Shown here: positions 26,841 through 40,794 of the stretch, in pieces
Position numbering within the stretch: position 1 is the stretch's first letter
Layout: each line of letters begins with the position of its first letter
Assembly: GCA_002245135.1 (NCBI GenBank)
Contig: NGBS01000315.1
Location: forward strand, 62,001 to 126,000
Length of the DNA: 64,000 nt
DNA from: Proteromonas lacertae
Taxonomy: Eukaryota
Direction of reading: 5' to 3'
Notes under the pieces: model-generated
Seen by the model: only the letters and a program-made list of their open reading frames with translations
Databases searched by the model: none
Told to the model about the DNA's origin: nothing
Made by a program: the position numbers and the translations under genes

Positions 26841-29800
26841 ATGGAAATATCAAGTCGTGTAATGAATGTAGTAGATTACAGTAAGATAAATGATATATCA
26901 ACACTTGAATTGAAGTATAAGAATGGTAGACGTTTTTATTTTTGTGAGAAGCCGTTTCTATTAGTCCGAGATTGCTTCATTCGTATTTACTATGAGATGA
27001 AAAATATTATCAAGAGTCATAGTGCTTCTAAACATCAAAAATGTTTTTTGGTTTATGGTAATGAAAAAATAGGTAAATCAACGTTTTGCTATTTTCTGTC
27101 ACATTGTTTCAATAAAGATAATAATTTTAAGGATTATAATATAGTTACAATTAGTACAATTGATAAAACAACTAATTATTATTTTCGAGAAGCTTATGGT
27201 GTAGTATATGAAGATATCATCGAATTACCGAATTTAAACACAAAAACAATAATAATCAGCGATAATGTTCCCATTAAGGAAGATGATTACAGTAATTGTG
27301 AGATAGTCATTATGGTTTCTTCACCCAAAGCCGAGAAATACAAAGTTATGAGTAATAAAAGAGCTCCAGTACAATTCTATTTACTACCTCTCACACCAGA
27401 AGAAGCTGATTGCTCTGATAATTTGTTAAGTGAAAAGAATTATACAATTAGTACATTTAATTCAGATAAAGATCGTTTAAAATCATATATACCACCATCA
27501 TACAATGAAGATTTTTATATATATGATACTGATAGAGTTGATAAAGTAGCTGATAGATTAAAGTTTAAATCAGAGAAAATGGAAAAAGAAATTTTAATAA
27601 CATGCTTTAATAGTAAAGTAAAATTTGCAAAGTTATATGATTTATTTGAGGATGAAGGAGATGGTTTTATGTTTGAGAGAATGATTCACATTATTATAAG
27701 AAATAAGTTGATTGATGAAAGTAGTATAATATATATTGAAGGAGATTTAGCTTATCATAATAAAATGGCAGCTTTTAGTAACTATCTCAGAGGAGATAAA
27801 ATGTATTATTATATAAATCAAGATAATCAACAATCAAATGTACAAGCATTATATGCTGATTTTAGTGAAATTCATAATTTCCCAGCAATAGATGGCTGTA
27901 TTATCACTAAATCGAGTGTTACATCTGTTCAAATGACAATTTCAGCTAATCATTCTATTAATGATACTGTAATTGTATTTCTGAATGTATATATATAATA
28001 TTATAATTGATTAGATGATATACGATCGTCATAAGAAGGAGATGATAAAGTATATATTAAATCCTCCTACAGATAAGCCACCTCCAAAAGACTTTGATCG
28101 AGAAACTTCAATGTATGAACTTGGTTATATACCAATTAATTATAAAGAAGATATAATATTCAAAATGGATAAGCGTAAAAGAATCCTATGTGAAAGTTAC
28201 GTATATTATATTCTATTACTATTATTTTTTATAGTTTTTAATCAATGAAATTAGCTGTAGGAATGACATTGACAATAGTCTGATTGAAATATATAGTAAT
28301 GTTAGAAAAGAAGAATTCTTGAAAGTTATGGATAGTGATAAACAAAAGTTTGATGCATTAGAGAGTGAATTAAAAATTGAAGGTGAATATAAATTTGATA
28401 ATCAATCACAAATGTTAACAGAACAATTAGATAAATTCATCGAACATATAAAGAAATTAAAAACAGAAATAGATAATATGAAATCTGTAAAACGAACAAC
28501 TGTACACATCAAAAATCAAAAACAGAAGGATATTTCCAAACCAATTAAAGCATATAAATTGAAAGTTTTATTACTTATGTTTAATAATCTAGTAGATAGA
28601 TTACCTAATTCAGTAAAGCCAAATAATATAAATAAAACAATATTAATTATGGAAAATGAAGTGGATAAAATGTTTATTGAAGAATTAAATGATATACAAA
28701 ATGAACCAGATAAATCAAATATAATAATAGAATTACAAATGCAATCAGAAGTATTTATAAAACAACTGCAAGGTTTACTTGATGAATTACATTACAGTGA
28801 ATCAGTTGATCAATTGAAAAATATAATTGATTTGTTCAAAATAAAAATACATGATTCATCAGATAGATTGACTAATTTAAATAATCAAATTGCTGAATTT
28901 AAAGATGATGTAGAAAAATTAAAAAATACATGTAACGAAATACAATCATTGAAGAGTGATATATACACAATTTATTATATACTCCAATCATATTTAAAGT
29001 TTAAACTAGAGAAAGATCTTCAAACATTGAAATCTTATTTAAACACAAAAGAAACAGATGATAACAATGGTAATGATGGTGGTGATGATAGTGATGATGA
29101 TGATAATGATGATGATGATGATGATGAAATATATGATGGTGATGTAATTCAATCATTTCAATATCAACTTCAATTGTTGAGTATATTTGATCTTGAAGAA
29201 GCGAATGAATTAGTGAAAAATAAATTAAATTCTCAAATAAAATTACAGTTATTACATAATCTGAATGACTATTTCTTCGATGTAATATACAATTGTTTAA
29301 AAGATGCAGAGAAAGATGATATGGATCGAGAAATTATTAAGGTATATTTTATTATATTTTATTATTATTATAGTTAATTAAAGATGAATTAGAATCAACA
29401 AGTAAATTAGAAGATATTGAAAATGAATTAAACAAATGTAATCCGCAATTTAAAATAATAATTGTTGCATATGAACATAATGTAGTTACTCATCCACTTG
29501 AAGTTGGTCATGCTGGTTTTGGGCAGTATGGAGTAGATATTAAAGATGAAATGATAAAAGAAATGAAAAAGAATTATAAATGGGATATCAAATCTGAAGT
29601 AAAAGTAATTGTAAAAGATAATGGAAAGAACATTATACCAGAAGATATAATCATTTCTATAAAATCAAAAAGACTTAGAGTCAGTGTTTTAAAAATAACC
29701 AAAAAAGAATTGTTTGATATTTTAACAAGTATAACTACCACTCCTCCTGAAATGAAAAGATATAATGATAGTACAACATTAAAATACACACCAACAGTTT

Positions 29801-32800
29801 ATCCAAGTTTACTTATTCAAGAACCATTTAAAAAGAGAATTAAGAATGAAAAAGATATTAGAATTTTAGTTAATGAATTTAAAGATATTACCATAAAACC
29901 GAATAGTAATGACAGTTTAAAACAAATTATAGATCAATACAAAAGTATTATAGATGATATAAGTAAATCTGATAATGAATTGGAGTTGAATGAAGAGAAT
30001 AAAATGACAATAAACGATATTGAAAAAGTGTGTAAGAGAATAGATGAAAGTATAGTACTGAATGAAATGATGGATAAAGTAAAACATTTGAAAGACTTTA
30101 TTGATACTGCTAAAGAGTTAATAGATAAGTTATTATTATCTGAATTAAAGTTTCCTTTTGATAAAAATGAGCTATATACCTCACTTTCTGCTTCTAATCA
30201 AGATTATTATAAACAGTTAAAATCAAAATTGACTATTAATAGACAGAATCAAGAAATTATTTTATCAACATTATATGTTAAATCTGCTAAAGAGATTATT
30301 TATAATCGTTTAACAAAATTACCTGTTAAAGCTAATGAGAAAGATATAGAAAATATATTAAATGAATTGAGATGTAGTATTAGTGAAGATGATATGGATA
30401 ATTTATTGTCTGAATTACATATTAATACTGAAGAATGCTTAAATGATTTATTAAATACATTGTCTGTTTCATCAGCTAAACATGATATAAAGAAGTTATT
30501 ATCTGAAATGAAAATTAATGTTAATTTAGATGATCTTGATAAATTATTTTCTGATTCAATTGAATATTCTGAAGAGAATAAAGATAAAATAATATCAACT
30601 ATACTTATTAGTAAAGCATATGAGAATATAAAGAAGTTATTAAAAGATATACATATTATTCATTATGGAAATTCTTTAAATGATTTATTATATAAATTAC
30701 TTATTAATGCAGGTAAAGATTATATAGAAAAGTTTTTCTTTGAAATATCTCATGATTGTAGTGAAGAATATGTTAATCAGTTGTTGCCTGAGTTGAAATT
30801 TATTTTTGATGAAGAATCTAAAGACATTTTTTTATCTAAATTAGAACCTCCTACAGAAAATGATGTTTATAATATTTTATTATCATTACCTAGTAATACT
30901 ACTAAAAAAGATATAGAAAAGTTTTTATCTGAATTACCTATTCCTATTAATGAAGATAATAAAGAAACTATAATATCTGAATTATATGATAATCTTGATA
31001 AAGATAAAAGAAAGTTGTCATCTCGATTATTTAAAGATGCTAATGAAAAATATAAATGTAAGTTAATAGCAGCATATAATTCAATAACAGAAATTAAAGG
31101 ACATATTAAAGATTATTGTTCAACTGTCACAAGTATATATATTAATATGTTATTTTAATAATAGAAACAAATTCTTTATGTCAAATATTTGAAAAACCAG
31201 TAATTATAAATAATGATGATAATACAATAAGCATTGACTGTGAAATATATCAATATCCTGAAAAGAGAGTGTATATTCGACAAGTTTATAAGGATATATG
31301 GAATGAATTAAAATATTTGATTTTATTTACTGAGTTGAGAAAATTAGTAGATGAAAAAAAAAAAAAAGTAGCAATGTAATAATTACAGTGTTAAATGAAT
31401 TGATTGAAGAGGATGGTAATAAAACAGCTAAGATCAGAGAATATGATATAAATGAACCAAATGATAAATTATTAAATGATGTGAAGAACAGAATTTTAAA
31501 ACCAATATTCTTAAAGGAAGGAGGAGATTTCTATATAAATAAATATTTCAGAGTTTTGTTAAGAGGAAATCCAGGATGTGGTAAAACCTCCTTCATAATA
31601 TTCTTCCTGAAGATGATTATTGAATTGAATAAAAGGATAGTAGAAAAGAATACTGTATTAAATAACAACAGTAATAAATTGACAATTACAGATTTAATTG
31701 AAACATCTATATTTAAAGGTGAAGAAGGTGTAGGAAATAAATATCGATTAATCGGGGAAAATGTTATTGATGTAAAAAAAGATGATAATCATTCTGAGAT
31801 AGCTATATCTGATACATATAACTTAGATCAAACTAGAGGAAAAGCTTCAATATTGTTCTATGTTACTTCACCAGATAATAAGAATTATAATCATTTTAAT
31901 GATTCACCTGATAATCATATTTATTATTATATGGATGTATTTAGTAATAATGAAATAGACGAATGGGGAAAAAAATCTTTATCTACTGAATTCTACAATT
32001 CAATTAAAAATAATGAATTTAATAGTAAATATGGAAATGTTCAAAGACACATTTATTATGCTGCAATATATGATGTATGTTATAATAAAGATTACTGGAA
32101 AGAGATATATTCAATAGGTATAAAAAGAATAATAGGTGGAATTGGATATTTGGAATTTCTAATGAAATATCTATTTAAACCTCCTACAGAAAACAATAAT
32201 GATGAAAATACATCCACAAATACTACTTCATTTGATAGTACATTATGCCATTATATGGTGAAATATTCATATCAAGATTTCCATCATATAAATAAGAATC
32301 AAATGGAGTTTATATCTAATTACGTGTATGATTATATATTCAATACTATTAAACACAAAGCTGATGAAATAGATATTAATAAAATACAAGAAATGTTCAA
32401 TAATATTTATGAGGAAAAAAATAATCAATTATTTCAATTATTATTTGAAGAACTAGTGTTTTACAACTGTTTATATAAAACAGATATATTTGAAAGTAGT
32501 GGTATTACATTAATAAAAATTAATCGCAACAAATTTGAAACTTTTAAAGAATTATTCAATGTTAATATATATTCTACTAAAACGGAAGAAGTATATTTAC
32601 TTCATTTAGCAACTCTGGAGAATAGAGAAATAATATATTTGATGAATAATTGTTTTATTCATATAATAAGTGATGAAGGGATAACACAATATAATTTTGC
32701 AGTTGAAGAATGTATTGCAGAATTGTCAATGAAAATGGGATGGTTAACTTTTTATTATATATTTGTTTCATCAAAAGGAAAAACTATTCAACAATCATCC

Positions 32801-33301
32801 ACTCAGAAAGAGCTTATATTACATTTCAATCGAAGGAATGATCCAATAACTAAACTACCTGGAATAGTGAGTATAAATCCATCAAATACTGAAACAGAGT
32901 TTATGTTCAATGGTTCAAGTATAGGAAAAGTTAATGGAAAGGTTGAAAAAATATTCTATAAATCAGAATTCCAACAAAAAGTGTATGGAGAAGTATTTGT
33001 TCTAAAAAATATACAACCATCATCCTCATCATTATCATCACCATCACCATCACCACAACCACAACCACAACGTAATACTGTTCTACACACAAAACAGAAT
33101 CTCACTACCAACAGCTACTATCAAGATAATAATGATAAAGAGCCACAATTAAAAAAACCTCGTATAGAATCATCATCATCACTACAACCACAACCTCCTC
33201 CACCATCACTACAGTCACTAGTTTCACAACCACCACCACCACTTAATATTGTAGGTGATACGTGTGGTATTGAGAGAAAATTTGGTAGTAATACTTGTTA
33301 G
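26841..33301 (+). CDS. Crinkler/RHS-like double-NTPase gene A (about 2110 aa): NTPase-A + REase + coiled-coil/repeat linker + NTPase-B
   Basis: Five ORFs join through introns 27987-28014, 28201-28234, 29342-29373 and 31133-31164, plus one +1 correction in the A14 run at 31354-31367. Motifs GNEKIGKS, NFPAIDG..VQMTIS..H and GNPGCGKT. Confidence 0.8.
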
Positions 33302-33423
33302 ATTAATATATTGAATTACAATAATTAACGACTTTATAAACATTCATAATCATAAACAAAAGTTTATTTGTTATATAAATAATAGAGAAAATAATAAATA
33401 TATAAGAAAATAATAAATTTGAA

Positions 33424-33978
33424 ATTTTCTTTTTACTTCCTCTATTATTTTGATTAAACACTTTGATTAGGAAAATAAGAATAACAAGATATTATTACAA
33501 CAGAAAATTCATAATTGAACTATTTTAATGATATTATTACAGAATTGTAAAAAAATACTTTCAACTATTTATTATTCTTCTTCTTTATTTACCTAATAAG
33601 TATGTTACAGCAATATTAATCTACACATATATTAAGAAGTACTAAAATATTTCTTAATAAAAAGAAATTTAAATTTTTGAACAAAAATATGGGGGTAAAA
33701 AATAAAGGAATTTGATATTATTTTTTAAATTTTCTCAACATCAAAATTGATTTATATTATAATATTTCATAATATACTTAGTTAATATAAGTAGTTTTAA
33801 TATATGTTATAATATGATATATGCTACTCTATTGTCTGATATCGCCTCATTTAACATAAATCATATATATAACATATGGTATGTAAAGTATACGTAGTAT
33901 ATATTATAAATATAGTATTAGTTTAAAAGGAAAGTTTATAACTCCTTTATCACGCAAATTTCTTTATCGCGCGCGACA
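33424..33978. repeat. Left arm of a long imperfect inverted repeat (pairs with 41804-42335)
   Basis: 33424-33552 is the reverse complement of about 42208-42335, and 33870-33978 of about 41804-41910; the middle part is diverged. Confidence 0.8.
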
Positions 33979-34310
33979 GGTTCTTCAATCACAACAGATG
34001 AACTTGTTCTTTGGTTAACTGGTGTAACATATCCTGGTTGAGCTGTTGTAGTAGATGTTGTTGAAGCAGTTGTAGTTGCTGGACCAGAATGTGGTGGCAT
34101 TGTTCCTCCATAAATAGGATATGGTGGTGGTAATGGATAATACATTGGTGGTGGAGGTGTTGGAGGTACATAATAAGGCTGGAACCAAGGATTGAAATAA
34201 GTTGATGGCATCATGGGTGGATTACCTGGAGCTGTACCTTGTGGAGGCTGTTGTTGAGGTGGATTACTGTATCCATAAGGATAGTAACCATAAGGATATC
34301 CTGGATACAT
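33936..34310 (-). CDS. Pro/Tyr/Gln-rich low-complexity hypothetical protein
   Basis: 124-aa ATG-started ORF, locally GC-rich; no recognisable domain; its stop lies in the inverted-repeat arm. Confidence 0.45.
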   Translation of the reverse strand: MYPGYPYGYYPYGYSNPPQQQPPQGTAPGNPPMMPSTYFNPWFQPYYVPPTPPPPMYYPLPPPYPIYGGTMPPHSGPATTTASTTSTTTAQPGYVTPVNQRTSSSVVIEEPVARDKEICVIKEL

Positions 34311-34364
34311 AATAAAACCTTAAAATTCTTAGAACTAAAAATAGATTAGATATATACTTATTAA

Positions 34365-34790
34365 TTGGATCAAGTGTACAGACACACTAAAGAATGGGTA
34401 AGTAGATTTGAAGAGATAGCAGCACGCATTGAGAAAGATGGTACACAATTTATCAGTTTAGTCAAAATTGGTTTCTTACAGGACTTATCAGATTATAATT
34501 TGGTACTTTTTAAAGCATTTATCGAGGATTGTATTGAGAAGATCAAAGATTTGGTAAAAGATTTAGGAGCAGTCACTAGATACAAAGATGAGTTCCAGGC
34601 TTATGCTAAAAGACTAATGGTACGAAACAAATTATGCTGGATTAGAGATCGTATAAGAATGTGGTGGGGAATCTTGAAGATGTTCTCTAAAATTTGGATA
34701 ATGGATGAGATACAGATACTGGGAGAAGATTTAATAAGAAAAGACCAGGAAATGGTAGCGCAAAATAGAATAAAGATTCTAATTCCTTAA
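34365..34790 (+). CDS. Hypothetical helical protein (start uncertain)
   Basis: 141-codon open frame with protein-like composition in AT-rich DNA; TTG start only; no motif recognised. Confidence 0.3.
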   Translation: MDQVYRHTKEWVSRFEEIAARIEKDGTQFISLVKIGFLQDLSDYNLVLFKAFIEDCIEKIKDLVKDLGAVTRYKDEFQAYAKRLMVRNKLCWIRDRIRMWWGILKMFSKIWIMDEIQILGEDLIRKDQEMVAQNRIKILIP

Positions 34791-34847
34791 ATAATTCTAT
34801 CAGTGAATTGTGTTGTTTTGAGTTTATTATTATATTATATATATATA

Positions 34848-35415
34848 AAGGGAAAGCTAAATTAAATTCAAAATCATAAACAATAGGGAAAGCAAAAACG
34901 ATAGGGAAAGCTAAAACGAGTCTAGTTGGGTATATGTGAAAGAATGAGTATAATTGAGTAAATATGTAACGGTTGGCCAACGGTTACATCTGAGTAGTGT
35001 AACCGACGCGTAACCGATAGCGTAACCGTTTGCAACGGTTATAATTACGTTACGTCCAACCGTTATTGAATAAATTAAGATTATGCAAAATAGAATTGAG
35101 GCTTGATCAAACAAGTTATAAAAAAAGATGCGTTACTCGTGGTCTGTAGCCCTTACTACATATTATTATGGTATAAGTAGGTTAAATATTATTCATAGAT
35201 ATAGCGAATATGGTTTAAATGGATTTTTGATAGATATTATTTAAGATATACAAAAATGACTTGAGTATAGTATGTAATACTTAAACTCAAAAATATATGA
35301 CAAAAAAGGACGTGTTAAACTACGCATCCTGGGACAAAGAGGACATGTGTAATCAACGAGAAATTTTCGTGTATGAAAAAGACAAGGGACAGGACAAATA
35401 AAAAAGGACATCCCG
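34848..35415. promoter_or_regulatory. Non-coding cluster of short repeated motifs and palindromes
   Basis: AGGGAAAGC x3, about 8 AACSG/CSGTT motifs including two hairpins (34964-34989 and 35023-35041), and GGAC(A) x6. Confidence 0.5.
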
Positions 35416-35609
35416 TTGCCAATATGTAATTCAGAGAAATGTGAATGAAAAACCTATTTTATACCAAAACGTTGAGTAAATTAGGACTAGCGATAGAATA
35501 GTGTAATAGAGTGATATTAGTGAAGAAATATTTAAAACCCTCATAAATTATAATTGAAGTTATAATAAATTTGATATGTGATAAGTAAATTAAACCATTA
35601 CAAATGCTT

Positions 35610-38600
35610 TTATTCTTTTTCTATATATAGATCTAATTGAATATCACTGTCATATACTAAATTTTTAAGTATTGATTTACAATATGTAATTTCTGCATTA
35701 TCGATTGTTGTATCACCTATATAATGTGAAACGGTTGCTTTTGATATAGAAGGTGATGGTTTAGGTGATCTATCATTCGATACTGCAATATAATACATTC
35801 TTTTAAAACTCATTTTTTCTTTCAAACCACATATACATTCTTTTATTTGATCATCACAATCCAATACTTCTCGTTGATCATTTATTACATGTATAAAGCA
35901 GTTATTCAATAAGTAAATCATTTCTCTATTCTTTAGTGTTGCTAAATGAACTAAACAGCGTTTATTGTTATTCATACAATAGATATCTCCACCAAACATC
36001 TTTTTAAATATATCTAATTCAGTATCACTAATATCTTCAACTAATGGAGTTTTCTCTAATTTCAATTTATCACCATGATACAAGCAGTTATACCATACTA
36101 ACTCTTTGAATAAATATAACATAAACTCATTTTTCACATTATTATTATATAAGTAAGCAAATTGTTTCTGTATATTCTTAACATCATCTTCTCCAGCTTT
36201 ATGCTTCACACAATCATAAATATAATCGAATACTTCATCTGATATAAATTCCATTTCATGTTCATTAATTCTATCATAATATTTGATTTCATTCACTTTG
36301 TCTTTATATGGAATAGAATACTTCACTATATAATGACATAAGGTAAAAGCTTCTCTTTCTGATATTTTTTCATCTTTACCACATGGAAATACATATGTCT
36401 TAAGAAATTCCATATAGCCAAGTTTACCTACTATTCTTTTTATACCTTTTGAATATATTTTATCCCAATAATCTTTATCATAATATTTCTTATATTTTGC
36501 AGCATAATAGATATGTCTTGGTACATTTCCATATCTACTATTAAATCCTTTTGCTACTTCTTTCAAATCATCGCATAAACAATATTTTTCCCATTCTTCA
36601 ATTTCTTTTTTACTAAAAACATCCATAAAATAGTAAATTCGATGAGATTTTATTGTACATTTTGTAAAATTTGTATAATTTTTATAATCTGGTGAAGTGA
36701 CATATAAATAAATATGACCTTTACAATCTGTATCACTAATATCATATGAGTCACTAATCACAATATCACAAAATCTTTTTCTTTTACCTTCATCATATTC
36801 TACTTTCTTACCATTTAAATTGTATTGATCACAACTTTGTTCTTTAGCTTTAACTACACATACATTAATTTCATTACCTTTAAATTTTTCATTTAATTCT
36901 ATAATTTTATTTAATAAATAGATAACAAACGAAGTTTTCCCACAACCTGGATTTCCTCTCAATAAAATTCGTAAATCACCATTATATAAATCTTTGCTTT
37001 TAGTATCTTTTTCTTTTTCATCTGTAACATTTGTAAAACCTAATTCATTACAAATATTTTTGAGACTTTCTACTTTGTTTTCTTCTATATTCTTTATTTT
37101 GAAAGTTAAAATATGTCTTATCAATTCATCACATATTTTTGTATAAACATCTCTAACATAAACTACTTTATTAGGATATTGATATATATCACATTTTATT
37201 TCTATTGTTTTATTCTCCGCATTGTATACTGGACTTAAATCTCCAAATACTTTACATAAAGAGTTTGTAACTATTATTTATATAATTAATATATATATAT
37301 ACTTGGACGACCTATGCTATAAGCTTCTAGACTCTGATTAATAATCTTTAACATACATTTTGCATAATCTATTTCAAGTTTATTTAATTCATCTACATCT
37401 TTATTCATTTCTTTATCTTTTGTTTTATCTGTTCCGATTTCTTTATTTTTCTTATTTTCAAAATATTTTTCAAATAATTCAACTCTACTTTTCAAGTTAG
37501 TTACAGTTAATTTTGAATAATCTAATACGAAATTATTGTCTAGATTTCTCCATTCTTCAATAATTCTATGAGCTTCATTTTCAATATCATTGTATTGTTC
37601 TTTCATCTCTTTATTCTTTTTATTTTCAATAATCTGTTTATTTATTATCTTTTCACATATTGTATAATCATGTTTTATCTCTTCTTCTTCAACTTCATAA
37701 TCTACTATATCTACTGATGGATTTGTACATCCTGTAACTTCTAAATCTATGGATTTATTATCATCATAAATTAAATGTAATGATTCTACATTCTTTTTTT
37801 CTACCAAATAGTCAGTTAATTCATAAGAATTCATGTTAAATGTAGAAAATCTTAATCTTTTAGTCTTTATTGACATGATTAATTTTTGTGATTTATTCTT
37901 TTTTTCATTTTCTGTACCTGTTGATTTCATTTCATCCCATTTGTAAGTTTTCTTCATTTCTTCGACTATTTTATCTTGAAATATTCCATAATGCCCAAAA
38001 TCAGTATCATCATCTTCAAGTGATGATGTTACTTTATTGTGATTGTATGCAACAAATACAATATTGAATATTGGATTACATCTATCTAATTGATTAATAA
38101 TAACTTCATTATTAATATCTGAATTTATTTCTTCTTTAATTGACTATAATAACAATAATAATACTACAATATACATTAATTATTTCATTTTTCATAGCTC
38201 TTTTATCTTCATCATTTTTTTATCATAGTATATTACATCAATCAAATAATCTTCTAAGTCATGCAATATTTGTTTATTTTTTATAACATCTATTACCATT
38301 TTATTCATCTCTTCAAGTTCTAATATTTCAAATTGTTCATCCACATTTTGTAATTCATTTTCTAATTTCTCAGTTTCATCAGTCAATATACTTTTTGATA
38401 AATCACTATCATTGAATTTTCTTTTTTTTTGATTATTCGAAGTATTTTCTAATTCTCTTTTTCTTTTTTCTAATCCTTTCTTTTCCTTTTTCAATTCACA
38501 TAATTCAATACTATCATTAATTAAGTGTAAAAAGGTTTTCTTTTCACTATCATCTAAATATCTATCTTTAAATTTACCATATATTCCAATTATGTCATTA

Positions 38601-38879
38601 TTCTCATCATCTTTATTTTCAGGTTTTCTGTGATAAAGTTCATTTATCAAAAACTATATAATTAAATATTAATATATATTAATATTATACATAACCTTCA
38701 CAGATTATTCTCTTTACTCTATTCATACTATCTATTATCTCTTTCTTTTTATTCTTTGGGATATATCCATTATCATATAGCGCATTTGCAAGAATATCTT
38801 TATCGTTTTCATTATTCATATTTAGTCTTTTCAAATTATCGATAATATGGGATTTATGATAGCTATATAACATCTATAC

Positions 38880-38913
<34 letters not shown>

Positions 38914-40386
38914 TACATTTAGAAAGGCAATCACAGTATTCTTAGTTGGATGATTATTAGATATTGTCATTTGAACTCCACTTATACTGTATTTGTTAAT
39001 AATACATCCATCAATTGCTGGAAAATTAATGATTCTGCCAAAATCAACATATATACCATCAAAAATTACCCCATCTTTTATTAAACCACTGATATTATCA
39101 CCTTCTCTATTATCATATGATATTTTCCTTTCTGTAATTACACAATCTATAATTCTTTTATATTCCTTTGTCACATCTCCATCTGTTATTTTACAGTCTG
39201 TTAATATTCCATCTTCTATTACAGTTTTACCATTTTTATTTCTAGTTATACCACTTTCAAGAGTTACATTTTTAATCCTATATTTCTCACAATGATCAAG
39301 ATAATTAATGAATTTATCCATGTCCATATAAGTTAATCTATATTCAGGTAAATTAAATGGCAATTTTTTACCTTTATCTTTACTATTTGTCTTATAACTA
39401 GTATAACTACTATCTTCGAATATAATGTGACACATTCTTTCGAATATCAATGGATCTTTATTATTCAACATTTTACCTTCAAATACTTCATATAATAGTT
39501 TATAATCCGCAGCATCTAAAAAATAATGACTCAATATGTATTGTTTCACTTCTTTTGATATATACCTCAATCTGTCAGGTATTACATTAAATTGATCTGT
39601 ATCATATACAAATAACTCTTCTACATAAGAAGGTGGAATAAATAATGGTAATTTCTTTGCAGATTTCTTATAATTATCAATATAATCACATAAGTCTTTC
39701 AATGAATAATCGATATTTAAGTTACCTCCATATACAAGTGCATCATTTAATTTTTTCTTTTTCTCATCTTCATTCAATGTTTTGTTTTGATCAATTATAA
39801 TCTTTAATTCATCTTCACTGAACTGCGGTATATAATATTGAATGGGACATCTCTTATTTGCCATTATTTTATATTTGTCTGCTTTTGGAGAACTGAGCAT
39901 GATTATTACATTATCATCACTGAAATCATCTACACGAATCTGTTCATTATCGCTTATAATGATAGTTTTTCCTTTTAAATCGGGTATTTTTTTATTTCTT
40001 GTAAGGAATTCATGAGTATTGGCCAATCTATAATGCTTTTTTGTATCATTTACACCATATACTACTATGTTATATCCATCAAAGTCATCATCATTATTAA
40101 GACAATACGCCAAAAAGCAGCACAATGTAGACTTACCCAATTTGCTATTACCGTAGACTAAAAAACAATTCTGACGCTTCTCGTCTACACCTCTACTTCT
40201 TTTTACTTCATCTGTAATACCATTATAAATATCTACATAACAACCTCTTATTAAGATAGTATAACAATCAGAAGGATTATTAGAAGAGTAATAATTTAAA
40301 TAATACTCTTCTCCTTTAGTATTACAGTTTTTCTCCAACTTTAGGTTATTAATATCATGATACCTTATCACATAATTAAAACTCAT
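35610..40386 (-). CDS. Crinkler/RHS-like double-NTPase gene B (about 1540 aa)
   Basis: Introns 38874-38916, 38654-38690, 38144-38174 and 37271-37302 sit at the same positions as in gene A; one +1 correction at the T7 run 38215-38221. Motifs GNSKLGKS, NFPAIDG..VQMTIS..H, GNPGCGKT and YGNVPRH. Confidence 0.8.
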
Positions 40387-40794
40387 CAAAATAAAAGAAA
40401 TGCTATTACTATACTCGTCGTTTGATAATTATAGTTATTGAAAAGTATAGTTATAAATATGTCAATGACATGTAATATACATATCACATATCAAATGGAC
40501 TTAATTCTTAGCAATGACTTTATACAATCAATTTCATTTTATCCTTCTGAAGTGCTACTTTAGTGAATGATGTGAATTTTGTTATCTGTGATGCTTGAAA
40601 TATATACCAATAATCTCTCTGTATAAGAAAAAATACAATTAGTTATATATGAATATATAAAGAGCCTATGATAATTGTTTAAATGACGAAAATTTTAAAT
40701 AATGACAAACAAAAATCAAACTAAACGATATTTCATGAATTGTACAAAGAAATAATGATAATATATATAAAATTTGTTATTGAAATAATTACTT

